A stretch of 64,000 bases of DNA from Octopus vulgaris (Eukaryota). The DNA lies in the NCBI GenBank assembly GCA_951406725.2, contig OX597818.1:96968001-97032000 (forward strand). The letters are read 5' to 3'. How positions within the stretch are numbered: the first letter of the stretch is position 1; each line of letters starts with the position of its first letter. Positions 35,753 through 48,200 of the stretch are shown here, piece by piece. Under the pieces are notes generated by a model. The model was not told the origin of the DNA. It did not search any database and saw only the letters and a program-made list of their open reading frames with translations. Both the position numbers and the translations under genes were made by a program.

Positions 35753-37589
35753 AATGATGTCTTATAAATAGTATTAAATTTAAGTAAGTGTTACTGCCTG
35801 CACCAGAAAAAAAAATGAATTGTACCCTCAAATATTATTTTGGGACCGTAAGGTTTGGATTCCCAATACACAAAGAGCAGTCCGAGTAAATGAGAGAAAA
35901 AACATCTCCAAAGTGCTGGCCAGTGGAATTGAACCTGGAATATCGTTGGCTGCATCGTAAATTTCTTTACCAAATAGTCATGCCTAATTTAAAAGGTTCT
36001 TCAAATACCTGTTTTGATGTAAACGCTTAATATACTTTTAATTCCGCCGAGGTCAACTTTACCTTTCAATATAATTTACTTATCCCCCGACCTCTGAAAA
36101 CTGCTTGCCTTGTGCCAAAATTTGAAATAAATATTTCCATAGTACTTTAATAGCAATTTTTGGGATAGTTTTTTTAAAAAATCATAAAATAACTCATGTT
36201 TAGTAAGTGGAGATCTGATCTTAAATCGAACTTGGAATACGAAAATGCCCAGTTGAAAGATAAACAAAAGCCCACTTTCCTTTCTCTATTTGCAAAAAAG
36301 AGATCAATTAGAATATTATGAAATACAAATAGATATTAGGGTTTTTTTTCTTTTATCTTTCACTTGTTTCAGTCATTAGACTGCAAACAAACACACATAT
36401 ATATATATAAACAGACTTCTTTCGGTTTCTATCAAACCTACTCGTAAGGCTTTGGTCGACCCAAGGCTATAGTAAAAGTACGTTCCCAATGTGCCACGCG
36501 GTGGGGCTAAACCCGAAACTATGTTGTTGGAAAGCGAACTTCTTACCATACACCCACACCTTTTTTTAATTTTTACCACAACCACACACAAAGATACATT
36601 AAGTCCTACTCCGAAGGCGATGGAGATACAGGGCTCGTCCGGGTTAAGATACCAATGTTTTGCTTCGTAAACACCAAACGAACTTTAAGAACGTCAAAAG
36701 GACAAGGCACGACGGAGGAAATCTTGGATGCGTTTCTACTAAACTACCGAGCTACGCCAAACCCAGTGTCAGACAACCGCCCACGTGCCGAAGCAGATGA
36801 ACGGTCAGTTATGGTTAACTCAAGATAACAGATACTACGTCAGTTACGTGAACTGAACGTGCAAGCGGATGAGCACTCCACAAATACGCGTATCCTTAAC
36901 GTAGTTTTCAAAATACAGTGTCTAACAGACATTCTGTGTCATGCTGAACTCGGAACGTAAAGACGGACTAAATGCCGCTTAACATTCTGTCCGTCTTGCA
37001 AACGATTCTGTTGGCTCACCACCTTAATAATCATAATTTATTCTTTGATTGACAAAAAGATACTAATCGAAGTGTGCGATAGTGGATTAAAGCGTTAGAG
37101 TTGATAATCAGTTGGAATCTAATAAGTTCTGGTGTGGAAGGCGGCGAATTGACAGAACGTTAGAGCAAATCCGTTTAGGTTTTGGTTTCAAAAGGAAAGA
37201 CTTCCTCCCGTGCCCCCCCTCCATTTTCTCGTAATTTTTTTTCTTTTCTTTTTTTCAATAACCTACGTCTCCTATTAAGGCGACTGATTGGCAGAATCAT
37301 AAAAGCGTCGGAAACGGTTAAATGTGTGTTTTTGACGAACGTAAAGAATACGTATACGCGGTGCTTAGGGTTAGGGTTTTTGTTACGCCGAAAACGAGTG
37401 GTGTACGTATTCTTTTTACATCCGCCGTGTTTTTCATTCCTCCGGAATTTATCCAAAAAGTGCAAGCCAATTGTTAGGGTCGGTAGTATTGACTATTTAC
37501 CCTAAAACTTGTTGGCCTTGTACTGAAGTAGGTGTTATTGACGTAAGCTCTGGAGTTAGCCAATGCTCTGGAGCTCTTTACAGATTTAT

Positions 37590-38030
37590 CCTGTTGACTG
37601 AATACAGATCGCTATAAACGTAATCATTAAATGAACCGGCAAATGAGACTGTCTAGCGATGATGAGAAGGGCCCAATAGACTTACTCTTTATCCCTTGGG
37701 TTAGAAGCCAATGCCTGATACGGGAGACTACAGTTAGCTGCTCATTTGCTCTATAACAAGTCTTAACGCTACGGTGGAGGTGAGGAAAGGTAATTGCACT
37801 CCTAACCAAACGAAATATGACACTGAAATACAGTATTCCTTCAGTAAATTACATTCTTCAATCTTTGGCCTTTAAAATGATGCGGGTGCCGGACTACTGA
37901 CAAGGAAGTTTTTTGACTTCATCAAGTGTCCTGCCTCACTGAAGCATCATATAATTCTCGGGAGTGCGCTTGGTTGTTCCAGCATCTCAGCCTGGCAGTT
38001 ACGGGTACTAATACCAGGGGTGTTTGCGGG
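37590..38030 (+). mobile_element. Decayed CRE-clade retrotransposon restriction-like endonuclease domain
   Basis: EP..RLSSDDEKGPIDLLFIPWVRSQCLIRETTV..LKYS..NYILQSLAF..AGAGLLTRKF..RECAWLFQHLSLAV aligns by eye with the CRE motif EPxGLxRDDGKRPDGLTLIPWxxGxxLxWDxT..KxxKY..FxPxAxET..FQRLSxA. Confidence 0.75.
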
Positions 38031-38131
38031 GTTTCTTATTAATCTTTAGAGGGTGAGGACACTAATTTCTCTGGTGTGATGCATAAAGGAGCGTTCATGT
38101 TTCTGTTTTCATTATTTACTGGTTCCTCATC

Positions 38132-38193
<62 letters not shown>

Positions 38194-40974
38194 CTTACTA
38201 TATACATTTGTGAATTATGTTCTTTTACCAGTAAAGTATTTTCGCTTTGTAATCTATGTCAGTCTATTACAATGTTTTTCTTCCAGGATACATAACACTG
38301 GCTACCCGTGATATGCACTGTAGTGAAGAAAGAAATTTAATCCAATTTCATTCATGATTTGTATCAATTTAAATGGGTTTTTTTTTTAACTAATGAAGTC
38401 AATAGACATGGACATCTTTTGACAGATATCTCTTATGATAAAAGTCAAACAACTGATTCCTGTGTCTATGCGTGCAGGTATCTATATAAAAACTGATTAA
38501 ACCAGCTGTTGTTGTAAAGATGCAAATGATCTCTTGGTGTCCTTTTGGTCTGTCTTGTAAGTATAACGCAGGTGTCAGGCCAATCAGAGCGATGGTCAAA
38601 TTGTGCTGTCTCAGTATATGCTGGAGCCTGTTAAGTTGTAAAGATAATTTAGCTGAAGATCACGAGTTAAATCTATATCCCTCGGATACAATTTGACTCC
38701 GATTCTATGTGATACAGATCAGATCCGTGGTCTTCTAAATGACGAATCCAATCTAAAAGGCTCTAGTTTATACACGAAGCATCGCACTTTTCAATGGATC
38801 ATTTGAGGAAAGGACGACATAATCGTTAATTACTTGTGCTCTATCGACCAAATAGCGAACCACCGTGAGTGTCAGCCCATAGTATTCAATGTTACACAGA
38901 CACGCATGCAACAGTTGATAAAATCTGAAAACTCGAACTAACAATGTGCCCTAACCCTTGTTTCTTCGCTAATGATTTTCAATGGTTGTAAAACGACGAA
39001 CGCAATTAGTAAATGAGCTCTATATAGTCTGCATAAAACAAGATTTTATATTTTCTACATTTTTCTAATCGGTTCCTTGAACTATTTCAAAAAGCATCTT
39101 TATCTATGACGTAATTTACATAGAGAAACTTCGAACTAGACACACAAAAAGTTAATGAAGCATATTCGGTATTCATGGACTGCATCTCTTCATATTTGTA
39201 GCATGGCTGACTGATTTAGTGGAGACAAGCAAGAGTTCATTGATGAGATATTATCTTTTAGTCCTTACAGTCCCTATTAACAATAATTTATTTAAAAATA
39301 TTGCTGGTCATGACTTATCCACACAATAAGCTTATTTATTTTTCTTTGGATAATAAACTATTAAAGAGGTGGGGGCGAATTTGGTTTTGATATTGATAAC
39401 AAAAATAAAAAGAGCAAACTATCAAATTTTTGTGTAAACATAGAGATTGGACATTGAAACTATATTATCACTGAATTTTGTACAACACTTTATAATCAAC
39501 CTACCAAATCCTTATCGATTAATCGGTTGCAAAATTCGTTAATCTAAATGTCTATTTTCAGAGCTTAGGTAGTAAGATTATATAATTTCTAAAGAGTTGT
39601 CGTTTCAGTGGATCGAAATTGACGTAATAGAGGTTGAATTCGATGGAATTGGGGGAGACCACCTCCACTTCGGTCAAGAATAATGATGACAAATGTTTTA
39701 AAAACAAAATAACTGAAGTTTCTAGCACGTTTTAGATATTCGTGTCGATCCCAAAAATCATTTGCGAAATAAAACTCTAACGGAAACTGACTTTAATGAC
39801 TACTATATCATGCACATGAAAAATTACGTAATTAAGATTTTAGCAATGACAGCAATCCCACCTGAAATATATGGGGATAGAGGTAGTGTGAATTTTTGCA
39901 GATTTCGAGAGAATTAACTAAGCTTAAGTCGAAGAAAATAGTTCTAAGTGGGAAATGAAACTGCTATACAATTTAACAAACATATGCTTTCTGCATCGAT
40001 ATATTTTTATTTCTTTTATTTATAAGTTTAGTCCTGGTCCACCAGTTGGTCCATATCCATTTGAACACATTAAAAATTCAAAGGGGTTTCTGCTTTCAGT
40101 TACTAAAAGTCATTATTTCAGATTAAGAAGGGTAGTTTGTTAAAACCATCTATTTTTATAAAAAAAAAGAAAAGGTTTTTTTATCTGAAATAAATCTCGC
40201 CATTAAGCGTGAGGTAAGCTTCCGGATTGAGCCCGCGAACCGGTTTCGATTCTTAGTGTAAGTTAATTTACTTTACGAAAAACGCTAATATTCTTGTGAA
40301 CACCATGTCTTGTTATTTTCATTTTCAAATTTATAGCTTTAAAATCTTAAAAGTAAATTAATTGCCCAAGTCTATGGTAACTGTCATGTAAGAAAGGTAA
40401 GCTACCGGCGAGTGGAGACGGTGTCGCGGTTTCGATTTAAGGTTATTATTATACGAGAAAGAATCACAATTTCACTTCACATTATAAATATGAATCGCTG
40501 ACCATGGTATAATAGCGATATTTCTAGTTTTCCAACACACCTACGAAACTGTGTTAGTTTCCTATTTCAAAGTAATTTTAAAAAGCAAATATATCAAATG
40601 TCCCTCGTTTCTCAACTGTTTTCGTAAAATCTGTTATAATACATGTTATATATATTGCTGTTTTTCTTACTAAATTTTAGGCATCCTCACTTAAACGAAA
40701 AACTACTAAATCTAAGTATTTTTAGGTGGGAGCATATGAGAGTAAAAATTATGACAAAAATAAACGATTCATAAAGAATTTATCATCATTAGATATTCGA
40801 AAGTTTGCATAACAGAGTTTGTGTTTTTTATGCGTATATTCGTACCAATAATAGATTGTATGGCTAAATTTTGTACAGAATATTTAAGAGACACGTAAAA
40901 ATTTATTTAACATATTCAAACACTTGATAAGTTAAACACGAATATTCCTACGTAACATGATGGCTTTGGCAATT

Positions 40975-41413
40975 TAAAAATGACGTCATCTCTTATTAGC
41001 ATAAAGTCATAAATTTAGTCTCTACATCAACTTCGTTAATTTCATAGTCATTAAGATGATAAAGTAGTTTGTTGCAACTCCCCTATAATGTAGCTTTGTC
41101 GAATAATATCTTTAAATAATATTGCACTGCAACAGAAAAAATTTTTAATGCGGTGAAGAAAGTGAGAAAAAAAAAATAATCCAGTCATTCATTAACATAG
41201 CAATAAGTACTCTCGTACACAAAGTTGTTTCATTTTTAATTGATTTATGAATACCAAATATTTGTTTCAACAAAAAATAAAACTATAGTTATCAAATTAT
41301 TTTTCAAAAATAATCTCTTGGTATTTTAATGAGTTAATTTTACAAAATTACTTATAGCAAAATTAAATCTCGTTTGTATAAAAATGCATGGGTATGAAAA
41401 AGAATACAAGAAA
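40975..41413 (+). promoter_or_regulatory. Candidate PP2A-A proximal promoter/5'UTR
   Basis: Palindromic CRE site TGACGTCA at 40981-40988, TATAAAA near 41377, and AAAATGGCG (YY1-like/Kozak) at the start codon. Confidence 0.35.
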
Positions 41414-41494
41414 ATGGCGACCAGTGAACAGAGTGATGAATCCTTGTACCCGATTGCTGTTTTAATTGATGAATTAAGAAATGAAGATGTTCAG
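41414..41494 (+). CDS. PPP2R1A: PP2A 65-kDa regulatory/scaffold subunit A, coding exon 1 (MATSEQSDESLYPIAVLIDELRNEDVQ)
   Basis: SLYPIAVLIDELRNEDVQ is the signature N-terminus of PP2A-A. aaaATGG start context, CAG|gtatat donor, phase 0. Confidence 0.95.
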
Positions 41495-44400
41495 GTATAT
41501 GTTTTCCCTCATCTTTGTCAATTTTTTTATATTTACAGCAAACAACATTGTGTAATTGATCGTTGTTTTGTATGAACCGGTCACTATTTATCGTTCCCTT
41601 TACCGCCCGTCTACTATGCCCCCTTTCCTATGATACCGTCCACAACTTGTGTGTCCTCTTTTAATACTTCGAAATTCATCTTTTACTTTCACTCCATCGA
41701 ACCAATTTAGCATTTAATTTTATTTAGATAATATATTAAATCACGAAATCGTTCCGATATGTAGTTTTATTCAGTACCATGGAGGATTACATGACTTCAT
41801 ATGTATGTGTGTATACATATGTATGTAGTATGTATGTATATTGATGTAGGTATTTCCCGTGACGATAGTTACTAATAGCTTTCAATTTTTCCTGTTCTCA
41901 TCCCATAAACTAATTTAATTTCTAGTTATAATTTTATTGCCTTACTCTGACCCTATTATGACTAATGTTGATTAAAAGTAAGACATTTGGAGGGGCCTTC
42001 TTCAACGTAGATTATAATTTTAAGTAAGATTAGTTGGAATATGGCAACTTATTTTTTTTTACTTTCTGTTTAACTACTCGTATAAAATATCGAAGAACAG
42101 TTCATAAATACAACGGTTCTCTCTCTTTTTGTTGTATCCTTTGACTATCATACCTTCATTTAACTAACAGGTCGTCTGTTTTTATTTCCAAATTTTTAAT
42201 TCCACTTTTCACTTACGGTTCATCAAAGAGTAAAAGTGTCAAATTCCTATCACTATTACGGTATATTTTATTAACCGATGTATATGTTTGTTAGATAACG
42301 TCATTGCCAGACTTTCTGAAAAAATTGAGTTTTAATAACAGAATTCGGAGCGAAATGATGTACAAATTTCGTTAGATTATTTTTGTTACTGCCGTTTTTA
42401 CCCTCCTTTTTTTACCGAATGAAATATTTACAAACTCGTTGTTACGCACATATTTTGGAATATAATAATAATAATAATGGCCTTTCTATAGGTTATCTTT
42501 AAAAACTTTATTATTATTTTAAAGCGGGGGGGGGGGGCGTTGTAAGAATTCTTTGGCTGGAATTCTAAAATGTTAATCTAACTCCAACTAGGCCGTTGTA
42601 ATATTAAGAATGGATATGATATACTATTTCTTTTTTGCTGCTTTTTTTTAATGAAAATGCTTCGAAGGAAGACGAACTACGTCTTGGTCACATCCAGCTC
42701 ACATTAATCAATATCTTATGACTTTCTCATTAAGTCACTCTATTTTATGGTTTGCACTACCTCTTAATTTCTAAATGATATTTTAAGGCGTCATTTTCTA
42801 TTAAAGTTTATCACGTCATTTAATGCTAAGTCAGAACGCTTTTTTTTTTATCGTATGTGGTATGTGTGTACATAAAGAATTTCAGTATTTTTGTCTAAAT
42901 TAGTTATGGCTTTTGCTAATGCTACTGCTATCGTTGTCATTTTATTAAAGATGCAACAGTGTAGTTGTATGGTCCCTGTGAACGAAATCTCCAACCCGGT
43001 TTCAAATTTTGTTTGGAGCCATTCCACATCATTAACTCAATTTCACATTTTGGGGTTTAATTTGAATTGTAGAGTTCAAGTTTGAAAGAAAAGGGGGAGT
43101 AGGAAGATTTCTTTCATATCTATTTAGTTTCGAATCGTAGGAAAATTAATATTCTGTAAGATATACCTGAAATCTCAAATTTTGGAATGCTAATTCTACA
43201 GTCCCGGCGACGCATCTAAAATGCTACAATCAATTCGCTACGAAAGAGGTTTAATAAATGGCTTGTTTTTTTTTTTTTTTACAACGCTAAATTTTCAGTA
43301 TTACTGAATTTAGTGTTCTTTATTTTTCAAACTTGATAAGTTTTGTGGTCCTTTGTAAGTATTTGTCCGCTATCTTAGTAAATGTTTAGTATCTGTCAAA
43401 AGATACTTCCGTTTTCATTTCAATTATGTCAGCTGAACTAGTTTCCATTCTTATTCTGAATGACCCAGCCTTTTTTTTTTTTTTCCCGACTATTAATCTT
43501 TAAAAGATTATTTCGGTTTCTGATTTGTAATTGTGTATTCTAGCTTGTCAAAACTATTTGTACTTTCAATTTAAGCCACACACACACGCACACACACACA
43601 CACACACACTGTGTGTGTAATATATGGCAAGTGGCTTCCTATAGCCTTGTGAGTAGGTTTGTTAAAGGAAACTCGAAGAAACCTGTCGTGTGTGTGTCTC
43701 GCCTTGACATTGCACATTAGTTGTAAACGATCAGTAGTCATACTTATACAAGTGATGTTCCTTTCCAATCTTGCCGGACCCTGAAGAAAAATTACTTTGC
43801 TTGGAAACTAGAGTCGGGGACAGGAAGGGCATCTCGTTGTAGAAAATCTTCCTCGGCGATTCCATCTGACAATGTTTGTATGGAAAAATGAACGTTAAAA
43901 CGATATATTTATACACAAGCTTTTAATGATTTACTCTGCTGGTGGATGTCAAATTTTTTATAGATGACGGTTGACTCACTTGGCTCTTTTACATGTACTC
44001 CCCCTCCCCCCGAAGACTTCTCACTAGTTGCTTGACAACTTTCACTTGTATTAGTGTCAGAAAAGAACACCTGGTATTTGCTATAAAGTGGTTGGCATTA
44101 GGAAAGGCATCAAGCCCTAGAAACTGTGCCAAAGTAGTTATTACAGTTCAATGAATTCTGTCAAACTGTCTAACCCATACCAGCATTGAAGGCAAGTGTC
44201 AAATGATGTACTGAGGTTGATGATATTGGCTAAACCCCTCTCCTCAAAATTGTTGACATTGTACCTAAATTAGAAATGCTTATTACAAGGCATAAGTTTC
44301 AGCTATGTAGTATTTGTCAATGTAGTAAAAATGTTTCTCTACTGAAGTATTTGAGCAACCTTTCAATTTAAAGTTTGACTGATTTATATATAATGTCCCC

Positions 44401-46849
44401 CATACTCAAATTAAATGGGAGCTGAAGAAGGAGACCAAGAAGAGCTTGGGACAATGAGTAGACTAATCTGAGGACATTACAGCTTATGCAGATGACAAAA
44501 GACTCTTGACAGATGATTCATGGTGCTGAAGACTTGATGATGGAAGCCCCATCCAAAAATGCAAGCATGGTAATTAGAAAGTCCCAAGAATGGTGGCATT
44601 GATGTAGATTGAGAAGGTCATCATCTTAATGTCCACTTTTTCATCTCTCATGGGTTAGACGAAATTTTCTGAGGTAGACTTTTTAAGGTTGTACATCTCA
44701 CATGTTTCCAGGTAAGATGATGCTTATTTACGAGCATGTGATGACAAGGCAAAACAAATATAATGCATCAACAACACACACACATGAGTGGTTGGTGTTA
44801 GGAAGTACATACAGTTCTAAAAATCAATCCAAAAATGAAATTTGAGTGGGATGCTGTCCTGCAAACTATCTTTGACTGTGGTGGCCTGTACTAACCATGC
44901 TAGTATGGAAAGGAGACATAAAACTGATATATAAAATTCAACCTCACCAATCTTACTCTGGAAGCCTTTATATAAAATATTACTTCCACAACAAACAAAC
45001 ACTATCAAAACAGGATACTTACATTTTCAGTTATCCTTTTAAGTATATTGTCATATCCAACTTGGTAAAACTGTTCCTCAAGTTAGGGAACTTAGGAAAT
45101 GGCTTGTAAATCTAGAGACATAGGCTTCTTTCTCTGTCCCCCTCACCATTTTTTCCAATTTGTGTGGGCCTTAAAATAACTTGGATCATTAACATTGACT
45201 CTGGAGTGGTATTTTTATATGCTAACGACCCACTTCTAAACTATCAAAAAGGTGCTGTAAAAGTGAGAATAGTTTTGAAGTAGGGGAAAAAAAAAGAATT
45301 GGTGACATAAACAAGACTCCAAAACTATTTAATAATCAGGTACATTAGAAACTTAAGTACTGTGTATTGGTATTTGAAAAATGTTATTAAAAATCACCCT
45401 TGTAATTAGCCATTAAAATCCCCCCCCCCCCAATCTCTGTTGGATATTCTTTCTGGTGTTCCTTAATGAACTGAATATTGGTTCTTATTTCAGAGCAACT
45501 AGTTTTAGTTTTATACTTTGTTTGCCAACATTCTTTTATACCATCATAAGATATCTCGAGTAATAAGCAATACAGCATCTTAATTTTATTAGATTAGTTT
45601 CGTTTGAAGTATATCAAATGTATCCTGGTAATTAAATTTCAATGCACTTTTACTAAATTTTTTTAGAGCAGTCTCTCAGAAATTTCAGTTAATCTTAAGC
45701 AACTTATTCTTTGATTACAGAATAAGTTGTAATTTCTTTAAAACCTTTTGGGGTCTCTTGAATTCACAAGTAGCTACTATTAGTAACAGAAAAAATTACA
45801 TAAATCTGTCACTATGCCTTTCATGTAACAATTAGAAAATATTCATTACATTTAGCTTTGCAAATTTTATGCAATTATAATTCAGTTTCAAAGGGGGTCC
45901 TTACTGCCCCCTCACAGGGTACTAAAAACCATGGCCATGGTAAACAATACAGATATTTTAAGTTCCTGTCTTCTATCATACTTTAATCTCTCAACACTTA
46001 GTATAAAGCCTCCTCTTCTATTCTCACTCAGTTGAGGAGGCTTTATAGCCTGGTATGTTGCATGGCAACTTTACTAATACTGGCACCACAAACAAAAGCA
46101 CTCAATTCATTCTGTGGTTATGGTTAGGAAGGACATTCAGCCATAGTACCATGTCAAAGTAGGCTTTAGAGTACAAAGCAGTCCCCTGATGTGCTGGACC
46201 CTGTTGAAATGTCGACCCTATACCAGCATGAAAAAGGTTTAATGCTGATTATTCACTACCTTTATATTATATAGAATAAAAGTTGGTGGCAGTTATATCC
46301 TAGTGTTTCAGCTGGTTGTTTGACAAAAAATATTAGGAAACACTGGTCTAAACTAATTATGAAGGTTATTTTATTTTAAAAATATTTCTCCATTTAAGTA
46401 TCCTTCACAGGTCATCTTTCTCCTTGATTCCTTTTTGCTCAAATTTAACAATCATTTCCATTCTGCATTACTATTATAATGGTTCAACACTTTTTCCTAT
46501 ATTTTTGTCACTGCTTATCAAATCCAGAAGCATGGACTTAGTAACAGATTTTCTGCAGCCCACTTATTTGCATCATATTACTAGCATTTGTTAAACTCTT
46601 CAGTTTAATTAGTTTATTTCATCTTGTGTGAATAACAAAGCTAATAAAATGGTATGCAAACCATATTGAGATTTCTGGTTTTTCTTGCATATAAAACTTA
46701 GCACTGAAATTTTTGTAGTTATTTTTCAAAGCTTCTTTTTTTCCTAAAACAACTTTGAGCTGCTGTATTGGGTAGTTGATTACTCAAATCACTGTACTAA
46801 AAGATTTATCCATTTTTACTCTTAATATGCCTTAAAATTGCAAGTGATA

Positions 46850-48200
46850 CCTTCATGCATTGCACAATTCCCAAGCTCTTCTACTGCCTAAACTGCAGCC
46901 AAACCTAATTCCTTGTCAAAACAAATCTCCAACTTTTCCTCCACTTCCCAACAATGATGGTTGTGAGCAGCACCCCTTCAAAGGAAATTTCCACTTGTGC
47001 TGGCCAATTTGCATGCAATATTGCACTGTACACACTTGGAAAATCTCTCTTTACATTAAATCTATCTCCTTCCACCCATTGAATTCAACATTTTGCATAT
47101 ATGCACATTGAATATCTTGGGTGCTTCAAACCAACAAGGCCACCAGTCATGACTCTTCTTTACTATCCTTAAACTTCATTCTCCAAAGTTCACCTAATTC
47201 TGATCTTAGTCATGAGCCTATCCCATTCCCAAGAAAGAAAGCCCTTTGATACCTGCAGTTATTGTTCTATTACACTCACTTTCAAAGTCTCATGTATTAG
47301 AGACATCCAATTGCAACATTCTCCAACACCTTAAGTTTTGTTATTTAATACTCAATACAGCTTCCATAAAGATCCACCGAAAGCTTACTTCTCTATGTCA
47401 CCCATCACTGGGTGAAATTTGAAAGCAATTTTGTTGTTAGTATATGAATCTCTAATTGAAACTGCTTGCCCTTGGACTCCATTTGCCTCTTATCTTGGAT
47501 CTCTGCAAGCATACCCCTCATCCTATCAATATAGCTGTCCCCCATGGTTTTATACTTCAGTGTTCTACTTGCCATGATATCCAACAACATCCATGTTTAT
47601 GCAGACAATAGGTTTCTTCCCTAATTGTCTGTCTTAATTCCATGAACACTGAGAAGGTATGGGGACATACTAACCTTTTCTTTCAACAGCAAACACAAAC
47701 ATCATATCAGGAAAGCAGCATGCAACTAAGCCCTTGCTATCTCCAAGTTTCTTTAATAGAAAAAGCACATCCTTATGTAGTTAAAGTCTGTATCAAAAAG
47801 ACTGGCCCTTCTTTTCACAGTCAAAAAAATAATTCAGACCCCAGGAATTACTGACACTCTTCAAAGTTCAGACATCCTCTATTGTTCCCACATTTGGTAC
47901 AGTACTCATGTACACAAACATCATAGACTGCATCCAGAGAAAGACCTCTGGTATAAGTTCACTCTCATGTACCAGCCTCTGACCAACTGAAATGCTGTTT
48001 CTATCTTTTCTATCACACTATATACCCCTATATATAACTCCAGCTCCTTAGACTGTGTAGTGTCATGTCACCTCTACTCAGTCACTCCCAACTTATACAT
48101 TTCTCATTGTCCATGTTCTGTCCTTCTCAGAATATCAACCCTCTAGAATTCCCTTTCTTGCAAGTGTGAACTTGCAATAATTTAAGTCAAACAATAATGG
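46850..48200 (+). mobile_element. Ancient LINE (CR1/Jockey-like) RT relic
   Basis: Scattered motifs IHVYADN (about 47590), YCSHIW (about 47880) and DCIQRK (about 47927). Confidence 0.45.
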
